In this document: positions 13,593-26,015 of the stretch, in pieces
How the letters are laid out: each line of letters starts with the position of its first letter
Numbering within the stretch: the first letter of the stretch is position 1
Assembly: GCA_951406725.2 (NCBI GenBank)
Contig: OX597821.1
Span: 434,001 to 498,000, forward strand
Reading direction: 5' to 3'
Origin: Octopus vulgaris
Lineage: Eukaryota
DNA: 64,000 nucleotides
The notes under the pieces: model-generated
What the model saw: only the letters and a program-made list of their open reading frames with translations
Databases searched by the model: none
What the model was told of the DNA's origin: nothing
Translations under genes and position numbers: made by a program

Positions 13593-13748
13593 ATACAAAA
13601 TGGGACAAGAACGCAAAACATCTGGACAACTAGGTGATACAAAAAGGGACAACAAAACATCCAGATAGACGATACAAAAAAAACAAGGACGGGTCATTCG
13701 AAACCTTTTATCCTCAGTCAAGAACCAGATCATCCTTGCAATTTCAGC
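13593..13748 (-). mobile_element. Probable Penelope-like terminal relic between TA microsatellites, with a degenerate hammerhead-like core
   Basis: Flanked by (TA)n. Minus strand has CUGAGGA..GAAU-GACCCGUC. Its first 21 bp recur exactly at 1006-1026 beside another TA tract. Confidence 0.4.
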
Positions 13749-13858
13749 TATATATATATATACATACACACACACTCAAAATTAACAATAACCATCAGCC
13801 TATAAGATTCCTTTTGATAACCCAACAACAACAAACAATAAAGGCAAATAACACCTAA

Positions 13859-13897
<39 letters not shown>

Positions 13898-14211
13898 AGC
13901 CTGTAATCACTCAGAAAATCTCCAACTACATAAAGATACACAAAACACACACACACACAGAGGAGAAAGTGAATATTGGTATGCATACGTATATACAAAA
14001 AATGTCCAACTCTCTACAGAATGACTCACACACACATAGTTACATGAAAAAGATACATACACAAAGATATATATATATATATATATATACATGCACACAC
14101 ACACAAACAAACACATGAATATATTTACGCAAGGAAGAATTTGCTGATATTTGCGAAATGCTTCTCGGAGGGCCCTTGAGGAAACGGTCAAACTTTGGAC
14201 GAGGTGTTAAC

Positions 14212-14225
14212 GTCACCATGACAAC
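14212..14225. promoter_or_regulatory. RFX X-box-like motif GTCACCATGACAAC in a non-repetitive, CpG-retaining island
   Basis: Matches GTHNYY-AT-RRNAAC; surrounding 14125-14310 is unique-looking and richer in CpG than the flanks. Confidence 0.3.
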
Positions 14226-15377
14226 ATGTCGATGAACTTGTTTTTAGAGTACGGAGGATTGAGTACAGAGGAGAGATATCGGGATAACTGAGAGAAAGTC
14301 AGTGAGGAGGTATAAATAAATATAAGGAAAAAAAAACAACAAAAAATCATATAAAAATACCTTGCAAAAAAAAAACAAAAAAAGAAAACGAGGTCACCAA
14401 AGATCGATCATTATTATTATAACGATGATGACGATGATGATGATGATGAGGAAGGCAGTGGTGGCGTTGAGACTAATTGTATTGACGGCTGACTGTGATA
14501 TTTGCAGGTAGTAGCATGAGTAGTAGAGGTAGTAGTAGTAGTGAGTAGCATGATTAGTAATAGTAGTAGTGGTAGTGGTGGGAGGAAGTGTGGGTGTGGG
14601 TTTATGTATTAGTTATAGCATTGATATTGCACTGGTGATAGTGGCGCCAATGAAAGCTGGTGGTAGAATTTGTTGTAGTATTTACTTGATGACAGTGATG
14701 ATGATAGTGATGCTGCTATTGCTTCTGATGATGGGGATGATGATGATGATTACGATGACCATACTGATGATGGCAATAATGATGATGATAGTGATTGGTT
14801 ATGCGGCTTCGTGAAAAGGTGACAATGACAACGATGATGATGATGATGATGATGATGAAAACGCCGCTGCCACCGATGGTATTAATGGTGGCTATTTCTC
14901 GTGATGATGACAACGATGCTAATATTGACAACGATCTGTTTGTGATAGTTATACTGCTAGTTGCAATAGAGATACCGGTGGTGGTGGTGGTGGTGGTGCT
15001 GTATTCTAATGATGGCAAAAATGATGTTAAATGATGACGGTGATGTTGATGATGATGTTGGTATGCGATGACGATGGTGATGGTAATAACTGTAAAGATG
15101 ATGACGATAAAAGGTGAGGTTGACCTCATTTGGAGCATACACATCTCTAATCAATAAACACAATATGAGGTGACTCAGTGCTTCTTCTGATGTAATTTGA
15201 CAAGAAAACAAAAACAATAATAATAATTTTCTCTTTACATACCCCCCCGCCCATCCTTCTCTGCCCACTACGGACTTCAGATAAATAGTGGGGGTTAGTT
15301 AGGAGTTATAGGATTAAACCATTTCATCAATGGTTCTAATTTTATAGCTTCTAATTTTATAACTTAAAATAAGTGCG

Positions 15378-15718
15378 AATTTATATGAAAGGGTCCTAAT
15401 CAATAAAAACCAATTTATATGCAAGGGGACCTGATAAAATTAAGGTTCATTATCGTCATCATAGGCCATGATAAAGTAAGGGCCAGGTAAAATATAAGCC
15501 AGTAAATATGGGAGGGCCCCTGATAAAATGAGAGGGTAGGGTTTATGGGAAAGGGCTCCAATAAAATAAGATCCAGTTTATATGAAAGAGCTCTAATAAA
15601 ATGGGGGCTGGATTATATGAAAGAGAACTGATAAAATAAAGAACAGTAAATATGAAAGATCCTGGTAAAATAAAGGTCTGTTTATATGAAAGAGCAAAGG
15701 TAAAATAAGGGCTAGCTT
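15378..15718. repeat. ~35-bp minisatellite (TTTATATGAAAGRGCYCTGATAAAATAAGGRCCAG), about 9 units
   Basis: Periodic tatatgaaag..ataaaataag visible directly. Confidence 0.75.
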
Positions 15719-16029
15719 GATTTGAACTCAGATAACTGGGTTATAATGTTATGTAGTTTAAAACACTGAGAAAGAGATCAACAATGTTGTCAACTGGCAG
15801 GAATTGAATGATGTTGCTTAATCCTGGGTCAGTCCTGATTGAGGACAACTATTTGCAGAAACATTCAAACAGTGTGTGTGTGCTTGTCTCTCTCTCTCTA
15901 TTTATTTATTCTTCCTCTTCTGTCTCTCATATTCACCATCTATCTTGACTTCACATCTTTCTCTGTCTCTCTCTAGGTGGGTAAGCTATGTCTTCATCTC
16001 TTCAGCAAGAAACTTGATCCTGTCTCTCA

Positions 16030-16285
16030 ATCCTAATTTCTTATCCCCTTATCAGTTGATGGATCTTGTCTTGTAGGTCCTTGGTCACCTCACTAGTACT
16101 GGTGCGATGTAAAAAGCACCCAGTATATTCTGTGAAGTGGTTGCCATAAGGAAGGAGATCCAGCTGCAGAAACCATGTCAGAATAGATATAAGAACTTGG
16201 CACAATCCTCTGGTTCATCTGTTCAAGTTGGACCATCCGACCTATGCCAACATAGAGAAAAGGATGTTAAATGATGATGATAATG
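16030..16285 (+). mobile_element. Old RTE-related 3' end
   Basis: GTAAAAAGCACCC..GGAAGG.GATCCAGCTG..GTTAAATGATGATGAT. Confidence 0.65.
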
Positions 16286-16499
16286 CTCTTCCTGTTATTG
16301 AACAAATCTCACCAGAAAAAAACAGGAGAGGATTTGGTGACAGAATGAACATCCAGCTGTACCGTAAAATCCTGTCGCAAAATCAATTCTTATCCAAGTC
16401 ATGCTGATATGGGAAAACAGACTGAAAACAAATGGACACACACACAAATGTTGCTACATTATGTGATGGGGTTGCTATAGCTGGTGTCTGGAATGTAAA

Positions 16500-17480
16500 G
16501 GATGAAAGATAAAGTTAACGTCAGCAGTATTTGAACTCAGAATGTAAACAGCCAGAAGGAATACCACTCAGCATTTTGATGCAATAACAATTCTGCCAGC
16601 TTGCCATCTTTGAATAGTAGTTTCAGATTTTGGCACAAAGCCAGCAATTTTTAGTGTTGAGGTGTTAGTCAATTACATCAACCCCAGTACTTGATGGGTA
16701 TTTTATTTTTTCAACTGCAAAAGGATGAAAAACAAAGTTGAGATCTCAGCGGACTCTTAACTTAAACTGTGAAGTTCCAAAAGAAATATCTCAAAGCATG
16801 TTTTCCAGTGCTTGAATGACTGTCAATCCATCACCTTCAAAAATCTGATTTGAATGTGTTTTGCACAACCTATAGTCATATCAAATATAGGAACAAGACC
16901 AGTAATTATAAGAAGAAAGGGATCAGTCAATTATATTGGCCCTAGTGCTTTAAATTGTAATTGTTTTTAACTTAGGCACAAGGCCAGCAATTTGAAGCGG
17001 TTCAAGTGGTTTGTTGATATCCTTGATTCTAGTATAGTAGAACCTTGATTTATGAATGTAATCTGTTCGTGAAGGTTGTTTGTCACCTGAAAGGTTTGTA
17101 AACTGAGACTGTTTTTCTTTCAGGGAATTCAAGAGAATGCACAGCAAATTCAAGTAAGTATGTGCCCTGAATGCAAGCTAGACAATGACAAATGCTCCTC
17201 CACACTGATTCCCCCAGCTTGTCACCAATCATTGTTTCCAGCTCCTGTGTTTGTTACTCGAGACATCGTTTATCACCTGGGATGTTTTACGTTTGAAAAA
17301 TTGCTTGTAAATCAATTTGTTCAGAATGAAATGCATTCATAAACTGAGGCACCACTGTATTTAGGGCTTCATTTCATTGACCTTAAAAGGATAAGAGTCA
17401 ATGTTGTCCTTGGTAGGGTTTGAACTCAGCAAATAAAGAGCTTGAACAAAGGCTGCAAGCACTTTTTTTGTGATACTTTA
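16500..17480 (-). mobile_element. Cluster of family B SINEs, the last interrupted by a MITE
   Basis: Repeated GGCACAARGCCAGCAAT and GGATGAAA..TTTGAACTCAG segments. Confidence 0.7.
17035..17357. mobile_element. pogo/Tigger-like (Tc1/mariner superfamily) MITE
   Basis: Imperfect TIRs TAGTAGAACCTTGATTTATGAATG / CATTCATAAACTGAGGCACCACTG, TA on both sides; splits a family B SINE whose halves rejoin. Confidence 0.65.
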
Positions 17481-17490
17481 ATGATTATGA

Positions 17491-17725
17491 AGGCACATGG
17501 CCTAATGGTTAGGGTATTGTACTTACAATCTTAGGATCATGGTTTCAATTCCTGGACTGAGTGATGCATTGTATTCTTGAGCAAAACACTTCATTTTACT
17601 CCAGTTCACTCAGATGTAAATAAGTCCCAGCAATAGTTGGGAAGTTAACTCTGTGATGCACTGGCAATCAGGAGGATTGTGTTGTAATCTTAGTCACCTA
17701 TAAGTTAGGGAAACTGGATTAACCT
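17491..17725 (+). mobile_element. tRNA-SINE (family C-related head)
   Basis: GGCACATGGCCTAATGGTTAGGG..GGTTTCAATTCC..TTCTTGAGCAAAACACTTCA. Confidence 0.65.
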
Positions 17726-17751
17726 TTGACCTCTTAGATTCTAGGTTTCAA

Positions 17752-17917
17752 GATGTGGCTGTGTGGTAAGAAGCTTGCTTCCCAAACCATATGGTTCTGA
17801 ATTCAGTCCCACTGCATGGCACCTTGAGGAAATGTCTCTTACTATAGCCTCAGGCTGACCAAAGCACTGTGATGGAATTTGGTAGTTGGAAACTAAAAGA
17901 AGCCTGTTGTATATATG

Positions 17918-17963
<46 letters not shown>

Positions 17964-18124
17964 ATGACAGGCTTCTTTCAGGTTCTATGTACCAAATCCA
18001 CTCATGAGGATTTGGTCGGCCCAAGGCTATAGCAGAAGAAGCTTGGCCAAGGTGCCATGCAGTGAGACTGAACCCAGACCATGTGGTTGGAAAGCAAGCT
18101 TCTTACCACACAGCCACACCTGTG

Positions 18125-18163
<39 letters not shown>

Positions 18164-18235
18164 TCTATCATGTGTGCGTGTCTTTGTGTCTGTGTTCATC
18201 TCACCCACTACCGCTTGACAACCAGTGCTCTGGTG
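17752..18235. mobile_element. Family A SINE (+) with an inverted family A 5' half (17966-18128, -) inside its TA tract
   Basis: Head at 17752 on +, head ending at 18128 on -; the + body resumes after 18165. Confidence 0.75.
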
Positions 18236-19464
18236 TGTCTTTCATCCTTTCATGGTTGATAAAATAAGTACCAGTTTGGTACTGGTGTTATTGCAACTGA
18301 CTTATCCCCACCCCGAAATTGCTGGCCTTGTGCTAAAATTTGAAATCAATATTTTTCTTTCGTTTTATTTTTTAATATTGGAAACAGGAATTTAAAACAT
18401 TGCGATGAAATAACAACCATTTCTACAATTAGTACATGCCAAATATCTGCCTATCTACCTCTATCTGTCTCTATCTCTCTAACTAATTACCTATCTATCT
18501 ATATGTATGTATGTGTGTGTGTTTTTGTGTTTATCTATCTATGTATAACTATCTATGTGTGTGTGTGTGTATGTGAGTGCATGAGGCTGATGATGTTGAT
18601 GATTAAAAAAAAGAACAAAAAAGATTATCTGAAATGTCATGAAATACATTTGGTTAATTAGTGCAGATTTTAAACAGCTAATTTGTCTTTGTACTTAGAA
18701 AGAGGCTTTCTTTTTTAATGCATCAGTATTGCTTCTGTGTGTGTGATGTGGTGTTGTGTGTGCGTCTATGTATCTGTTAATGTATTATATGAATGTATGT
18801 GCAAATATGTATGAATGGGTGTGTGTATGTGTTAATGTTTGTGTGAGGCAGATGAATATCTACTAATGTATTTGCATGTATGAATGCATGTGTATGTATG
18901 TGTGTGCATTTTACCAAATGGAGGTAGATTTTTCTCTTTTGTTGGTGTTAGGACAACACCAGTGATATTCTGTGTGTGTGTGTGTACACATAAATATATG
19001 TATGCTTTTGTGTTTGGTGTAGACGAATGTGTAATTTGAACTCAGAACAAGTGATTTCAAAATGTCACTATTTGATTTGTCTTCATTATCTTCACCAAAT
19101 AACTTGATGCCAGTACAAACGAGCTGGTCCAGGTTCAAATTACACGGATAAAACAATTTAGAGTGGCTTGTTATGTTTGACTTGAACTGAAAATTCTGGT
19201 TCAGTAAAATTGGCACCTAATTCTAAGAAGAACGTGGTTGAGATTGTGTGTGTTAGCAGTTATTTAGCACCAGGTTAGCCTTAATTTAGTAGAGAAATGA
19301 TCAAAGACTTTTCAGCCACGACCATTCTACCTATCATTCAGATTTATATCTATCTAGGACTATATTATTTAATGCGTTATTCTTAAGGATAGTATGGTAC
19401 AATTTGAGGGAGGGATTTGGCTGCTAAATCCAGCAAGGGAGTTCTCTTGGTGGTCATAAATGCT

Positions 19465-19770
19465 TTAGTGTGGGGTGGGGATTGCACTATGATGTGGCAT
19501 AGGGATTGCATTTTAATGTAGAGTGAACATTGTATTTTTTGATGTGGGGTGGGCTTTGCATTTTAATGTGGGGTGGGGATTGCACTTTGATGTGGGGTGG
19601 GGATTGCATCTTAATATGGGGTGGGGATTGCATTTTAATGTGGGGTGGGGATTGCACATTAATGTGGGATGGAAATTGCATTTCAATGTGGGGTGGACGT
19701 TGCATCTTGATATAGGTTGTGTGTGTGTGTGGGGGGGCTGCACTTTAATGTGGGGTGGAGGTTGCAGCCA
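19465..19770. repeat. 24-bp G-rich minisatellite (TTTTAATGTGGGGTGGGGATTGCA)n, about 11 units
   Basis: Direct periodicity; ORF track shows the 8-aa repeat PPHIKMQS. Confidence 0.9.
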
Positions 19771-20522
19771 AGATGGAGTATAGATCTCATGCAAAGTATT
19801 TGTTTCCTGCACGTTTTTCGCTGTCTGTTTATTTTTTCCCAAATGGTTTTGTAATGAAGAATAGTAACAAACAGTAAGTTTGCAGTCAATATGAAATAAT
19901 AAGAGACAAACTTGAGGAACATCCTTAGAAATTGATGCTCATTCTTCTCACTAGGAAACAGTATAAAAACAGTAAAAAAGGAGAGAAAACAAAAAAAACT
20001 ACCAAAAATGGTTATGATATTTTTAGGTGGGGAAAAATAATATGTCTGCAAAATGGACAAAAATATTTATTCGATTTGAGATAAGGAATTTTTAATAAAT
20101 GGTAAATGCAAAAAAAAAAAAGAAAAAGAAAGAAAGGAAGCAATAACGAACTTTATGAGAATAAAGTTGATTCGATATATTTTTCTACCAATGAAAGGTA
20201 TAATCATATCTGCTTGCCATTCTTTAAAAGATTACGTTGGCTGTGGTGGTGACGGTGAGAAAAAAACCAAAAAACTTAGCAACTGCTAACATAGTAATAA
20301 TGACGATAGCGACAGAGAAAATTATTATCATTATTATTATTATTATCATTAGCAGTAGCAGTAGTAGTGGAAGTATTAGTAATATTAGTGCAAAAACAAA
20401 AGAATAAAAATTAACAAAATATACTCCGTGTAATACCCAAGGCACAGCACAAAGAATTGTGGCACTGTTATGCAGTGACTATAAGATTACTAGACTAAAT
20501 AATAATAACAATGATGATGATG

Positions 20523-20566
<44 letters not shown>

Positions 20567-21399
20567 CCTGTAATAGGAAAGTGCAAAAGTAAAAGATATG
20601 TGAAAATCTTTCAAGAATGTTATGTAAAGGCATATGACTTAGCAGAGAAAGATTTAATCAGAATCAAGAGGAAAAAAAAAAATATATATATATGTGTGTG
20701 TAAATGAAAAAGTAAAAAAAGAGCTGTAAGATAATGATGCAGCTTTAACATAATTTGAACTGCAACATAATTTGTAGTATCAAAGCTAAACACGAGAGGG
20801 TGGCAATAGTGGTGATGGTTGTTATGATGGCTCTGATGCGAATGGTGTTGGTGTTAATGATAATGTTGATGATGGTGATTATAGTGATGACAGTGTTGAT
20901 GATGATGATGATGATGATGACATAATAACAACAACGCTAATAAGTAAATAAATGTGCAAATGAATAAATTCTCAGCTCTTGATAAATTATTTAGCTGAAT
21001 AATTAAATTTAGGCGATGCAGGAAAAATTGTTGGCTCTAACATCTCTCTTCTCACCACCATCACCACCCCCACCTCTTTCAACAACACACACACACACAC
21101 ACACATACATTGCGATTTAATGTGGGATAAACAGTGATGCACACACACACACACACAGACCTAGATAGAATTTCTATCTTTTATGGTGTTCAAATCCAAG
21201 TTACACTTTGTGACCCAATGTGCTCTTCGCTTTACAAATCACAATAGAAGTGTGATTTGAAGGTAATTTAGCTACTACTTTTGGCGGGTTGAGTGACCAT
21301 ATGTAACAGGGGTCTGCAACTGGGTCATGAGCCTGTACTGGGCTGTGGACCATTTCGTATCAGTTTGCACAGAAAGAATAAATTTAAAAAGAAATTTAT

Positions 21400-21559
21400 A
21401 GGCACTGGCATGGCTGGGTGGTAAGAAGCTTGCTTCCCAACCACATGGTTCCAGGTTCAGTTCCACTGTGTGGCACTTTGGCCAGGTGTCTTCAACTATA
21501 GCCTTGGGCTGATCAAAGCTTTCTGTGTGGATTTGGTTGATGAAAACTGAAAGAAGCCC

Positions 21560-21593
<34 letters not shown>

Positions 21594-21780
21594 GCCCCCG
21601 TCCCACTTGATAAGTGGTGTTGATGTGTTTATGTCCCTGTAACTTAGGAGTTCAGCAAAAGAGACTACTGATAGAATAAGTATCAGGTTTATATATAAAA
21701 AAGTACTTGGGGCAATTCATTCGACTAAAAACTCTTCAAGGTGGTGCTCCAGCATGGCCACAGTCTAATGACTGAAACAA
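21400..21780 (+). mobile_element. Family A SINE, full length
   Basis: Head, CORE-like segment, (GT)n, tail CCAGCATGGCCACAGTCTAATGACTGAAAC. Confidence 0.9.
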
Positions 21781-21809
21781 TTTGGAAGGTGTTTCTGCAT
21801 TACATTTCT

Positions 21810-22197
21810 TTCGTTTGTTTCAGTCATTTGACTGTGGCCATGCTGGAGCACCACCTTTAGTCGAGCAAATCGACCCCTGAACTTATTCTTTGTAAGCCTA
21901 GTACTTATTCTATCAGTCTCATTTGCTGAACCGCTAAGTTACGGGAATGTAAACACACCAGCATTGGTTGTCAAGCGATGGTGAGGGGACAGACACAGAC
22001 ATACAAATGCTACACACACACACACACACACACACACATGATGGGCTTCTTTCAGTTTCCGTCTACTAAATCCACTCACAAGGCTTTGATCGACCTCAGG
22101 CTATGGTAGAAAACACTTGCCCAAGGTGCCACGCAGTGGGACTGAACTTGGAACCATGTGGTTGGGAAGCAAGCTTCTTACCACACAGCCACTCCTA
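21810..22197 (-). mobile_element. Family A SINE, full length, inverted relative to its neighbour
   Basis: Reverse complement of all family A segments. Confidence 0.9.
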
Positions 22198-23561
22198 GTA
22201 TATATATATATATAATATAAATGTATTAAATATGTAATAATTGAATTATATATTATCTACTTGATGTTTTATTATGTGCATGATCCCCCAGTCCATGGAA
22301 TAATTGTCTTGTACAAAACTAGTCCATGTTGCAAGACAAAAGGTTGAGGGCTGGTGACAGAGGGCCATCTTCATTAGTTTTGCAATAAAACTAACTTTTT
22401 ATGAGTTCAATGTTTGTATATGTACATCTATTAATATTATATACGTTAATAAAAGTGAAAACAAAACCTACAAAAAGAAAAGCTATATATTGAAATAAAA
22501 CATAAACAAGGTAGAAACAAACAAACAAAAGGATACACACAACAAATTATGAGGCATTAACCTTAATTGCATAACATCTGACACCTTTTAATGAAATATT
22601 TAATTTAAGATTTTGTGTAATATCTCATTTAAGATTTAAATTAATAATAATAATAATAATAATAGGAATTCTGAAACAAGTTTCAGAAAATCCTAAGAAA
22701 AACAACAGAAAGAAAACAACAGCAAAACTAACAAAAAAAAATGCTTCCAAACAAAGATTAATTTAAAATTTTTTTCTTTTCTTGTTTTCTTTTGTTAAAC
22801 TTTGTATTAATTAAAATGGTATTCTGTGTTTTGACTTTGACTTTCTGAACGAAAGTCTGAAAGTAAGAGATCAATGGAATCTTGAATTATCTCACGTTGC
22901 AAAGATGGCAGCTTCAAGTCTCGATGCCAAACTCATTTGGCCATTTTTTCCCATTTATTTTATTATTATTTTCTTTCTTTTTTTTTATTTTGTTAATTTA
23001 GTGATTATCATCATCATCATCATCATTATTATTATTGTTATTATTATGGCATGCTTAAATAGTTGGGTGGTGTAGTTTTCAAAGACTTGGGTGCTGTAGT
23101 TATTAACATCATTGCTTCTGTTTTATAGTCTAGACAAACAGATTCCGGTTAGTTTAACGGGTGAATAAGTTTCAGAGATAAGTATGGTGATGATGATGAT
23201 GTTGCTGCCCCTGCTGCTACTGTTGATAATGATGAGGGAGAATAGTGATGATGATAACACATTGTATGAATAGTTTGATTTAATTTCAATATTCAGTGTT
23301 TATTCTGCGAATTTATTTAGTTTAATGTATATAAAGTCTGTGAGTGTATATGTTTGTGTATGGGAATGGGTAGGAAGAGGAATGCATAAGATAGAAATGT
23401 ATGCACATACGTAGTATTAATAGTAGTAGTAGCAGTAATAGGAGTAGTATGGTTAGTACAAACAAAGAAGAGTGTATTGAATACTTAGGTATCAGACTCG
23501 ATATTTAGGTTAGAAACAAAAGATATAACAAAATGTGAAACTTCTATGTAACATTATATAA

Positions 23562-23603
23562 TTACCACTCATGAGTTTCAGTCTGGAAATGATCTTCAGG
23601 TAA
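23562..23603 (-). ncRNA. Decayed minimal hammerhead-like motif
   Basis: Minus strand UUAC-CUGAAGA-..-GAAA-CUCAUGAG-UG-GUAA; palindromic helix III ACUCAUGAGU, but weak stem II and G at cleavage position 17. Confidence 0.45.
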
Positions 23604-24254
23604 AGCAAGAGATATATGAATCGGTAAACATTTGTGTTTACAAATGAGGAAAACTATCCTCAATATATGAAGGAGAGAGTGTATGTATTTTGTTAGAGGC
23701 TAAAGTATCACCTGTCCTAATGAAATGTTTGATGTATGTGACAGTACTAACGATTCAAGCAACGAAGCAATATAACACTATATAGGTAAAAAATTTGCAA
23801 AAACATCCAAATATGATCAATCAACAGTACATCACAATTTGATTGGTTGTTCCCACTTAAAGAAAAAATAGTCTTTGACTTTCGACTCCTCAAATTTTAA
23901 TGTGTTTATAAAATATTTTTGTTATGCTGCTTCTCTGCAATTTTATTTGAAGAAATCAGAATTGTGAAAATCTGTGGTAAATGACAGATGCTATATAAAA
24001 TATATGCATGTGTCTTCTACTTTAGCCCTGAGCTGGTTAAAGTCTTGCAAGTATTTAGTAAAAGGAAACTGAAAGAAGTTCATCATACGTGTTTGTGTGC
24101 AAATGTGTTTGTCTCTCCTTGTCTTGAGATCACATGAGAGTTGTAAGCAAACATTACTGTCATACAAGTGACTCTCTTTTATTTCCAGTCTTGCATACAC
24201 ACGCATGCACGCGTACACGCATGTACGCACGCACACATACACACACACACACTT

Positions 24255-24686
24255 CATCATTATCATCATCATCATCGTTTAACGTCTGCTTTCCATGCTA
24301 GCATGGGTTGGACGATTTGACTGAGGACTGGCGAACCAGATGGCTGCACCAGGCTCCAGTCTTGATCTGGCAGAGTTTCTACAGCTGGATGCCCTTCCTA
24401 ACACCAACCACTCCAACAATGTAGTGGGTGCTTTTATGTGCCACTGGCACGATGGCCAGTCAAGTGGTACTGGCAACGGCATTGCTTAAATAGTGTTTTT
24501 TACCTGCCACCTGCAGAGGAGCCAGTCCAGTGGCACTGGCATCGACCTTGCTCAAATGTTTTTTCATGTGCCACTGGCACAAGTGCTAGTAAGGTGATGC
24601 TGGTAACAATCACGCTCGAATGGTGCTTTTACGTTCCACTGGCACGGAAGCCAGTTAGCTGCTCTGGCAACGATCACGCTCGGATA
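24255..24686 (-). mobile_element. RTE-related 3' end with four diverged internal repeat units
   Basis: (CAT)n..TTTAACGTCTGCTTTCCATGCTAGCATGGGTTGGAC..GGATGCCCTTCCTAAC and repeated TTTTAYGTGCCAC. Confidence 0.85.
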
Positions 24687-25980
24687 GTATATATGTATAG
24701 AGTAGTACAAGGATATTTGGATTGGAAAAGAATTAATGATACACATGCGCTTTTGAACCCATAAATTTGTGGTTTAATATTCAAACATTTTAGTATCATT
24801 GACATTGCTGGTGTTGACAATAACAGAAGTCATATGACGATGACGATTATGACAACAATGGTGATGATGGTTAGGTCAATGAAAATGATGGTTAGAATAT
24901 TTGATCAGAAACAGAACTTCCTTTCAAGAGCTGCAAAACCAACAATTGTCTTGCAATCATAAATTAATTAAGGCTTCATAGTTTTTTGTTTGTTTTTTTA
25001 AAAAATTTTTTTTTACTTAAAAATGGTTAAAAGGTCTGAGCTGAATAACAAAAGACGTAAATATGCAAATAAAAACATAAAAACAAAACAAAAACAAATA
25101 AAGAATAAATATAAATATAAAGTTTGCCACCGCCACCACCACCTGCTCTTCCTTTGTAACAGCAATAATAAGCGAGGTCAGAGTGGTGGTGGTAGTGGTG
25201 GCTTCAGTGGTGTTAGTGGTTGAGGTGGGTTTTCAGTCTTAATTTTGATATTATTGGTTAATTAAAATGTGTGGATCAATACATGAATTGACTCTGAGTT
25301 TGATGTCCATCATAACATCACCCACACATACACACACTAAAGTATACATACATACATACATATACACACATACCAAAATACATACATATTGAAGTACATA
25401 AGCATAGACCAAAGCAGAAATACTCACATATTCACATTGAAGTTCACATGTACACGCACACACCAAAGCACACATACACACATACTGGAACATAAACACA
25501 GACACACACACACATCAAAGCACATACACAAAGATAGCTGCACCACACACTTCCGCTCCTCGTACCTCGTTATAAGCGGACAAGTTATCTAAGTCAATTA
25601 AAACACTAACGTTGGTCGTTAACTAACAACTTAATTGTAATTCTCTGTTGACAATGGCAACAACAACAATAACAAGTACAACAACAACAATAATAATAAT
25701 GATAATAACAATTGAGACTAATATTTACAAACACAACAAACGAGAAATTAATTCCTTTAAGTCGTTGTTTAATTTGTATATGAGCTGTGGTGCTGGCGGT
25801 GGCGGTTGTGGTATTGTGGTGGTGGTGCTGGTGGTTTTGATGGCGGCGTGGTGTTGGTGTTAGAGTGTGGTGGTGCTGCTTTTCAATGGTAGTGGCAGTA
25901 GTACTTTTGGTGGTGGGGGTGGTAGTTGTAGTAGCAGCAAAGACAAATAATTGTGATACTAGCAGATAATAGTAGTTGTA

Positions 25981-26015
<35 letters not shown>

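Larger units (their letters stand above)
21307..22356. mobile_element. hAT-Charlie (MER1-like) non-autonomous element holding two nested SINEs
   Basis: Left end CAGGGGTCTGCAAC; right end CCCCAGTCCATGGAATAATTGTCTTG..AAAAGGTTGAGGGCTGGTG resemble MER1-type termini; no clear TSD. Confidence 0.5.

Noticed and set aside
14716-15144. 142-aa minus-strand ORF resembling signal peptide, S/T-rich region, TM segment and His-rich tail
   Set aside because: Explained by (ATC)/(ACC) trinucleotide repeats read in shifting frames; no recognisable domain
19487-19842. PPHIKMQS repeat protein
   Set aside because: Minisatellite open in several frames on both strands; no splice or codon evidence
22830-22960. Unique island with a short open frame and a YY1-like AAGATGGC
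   Set aside because: No convincing splice-site pair; motif too short to support a call
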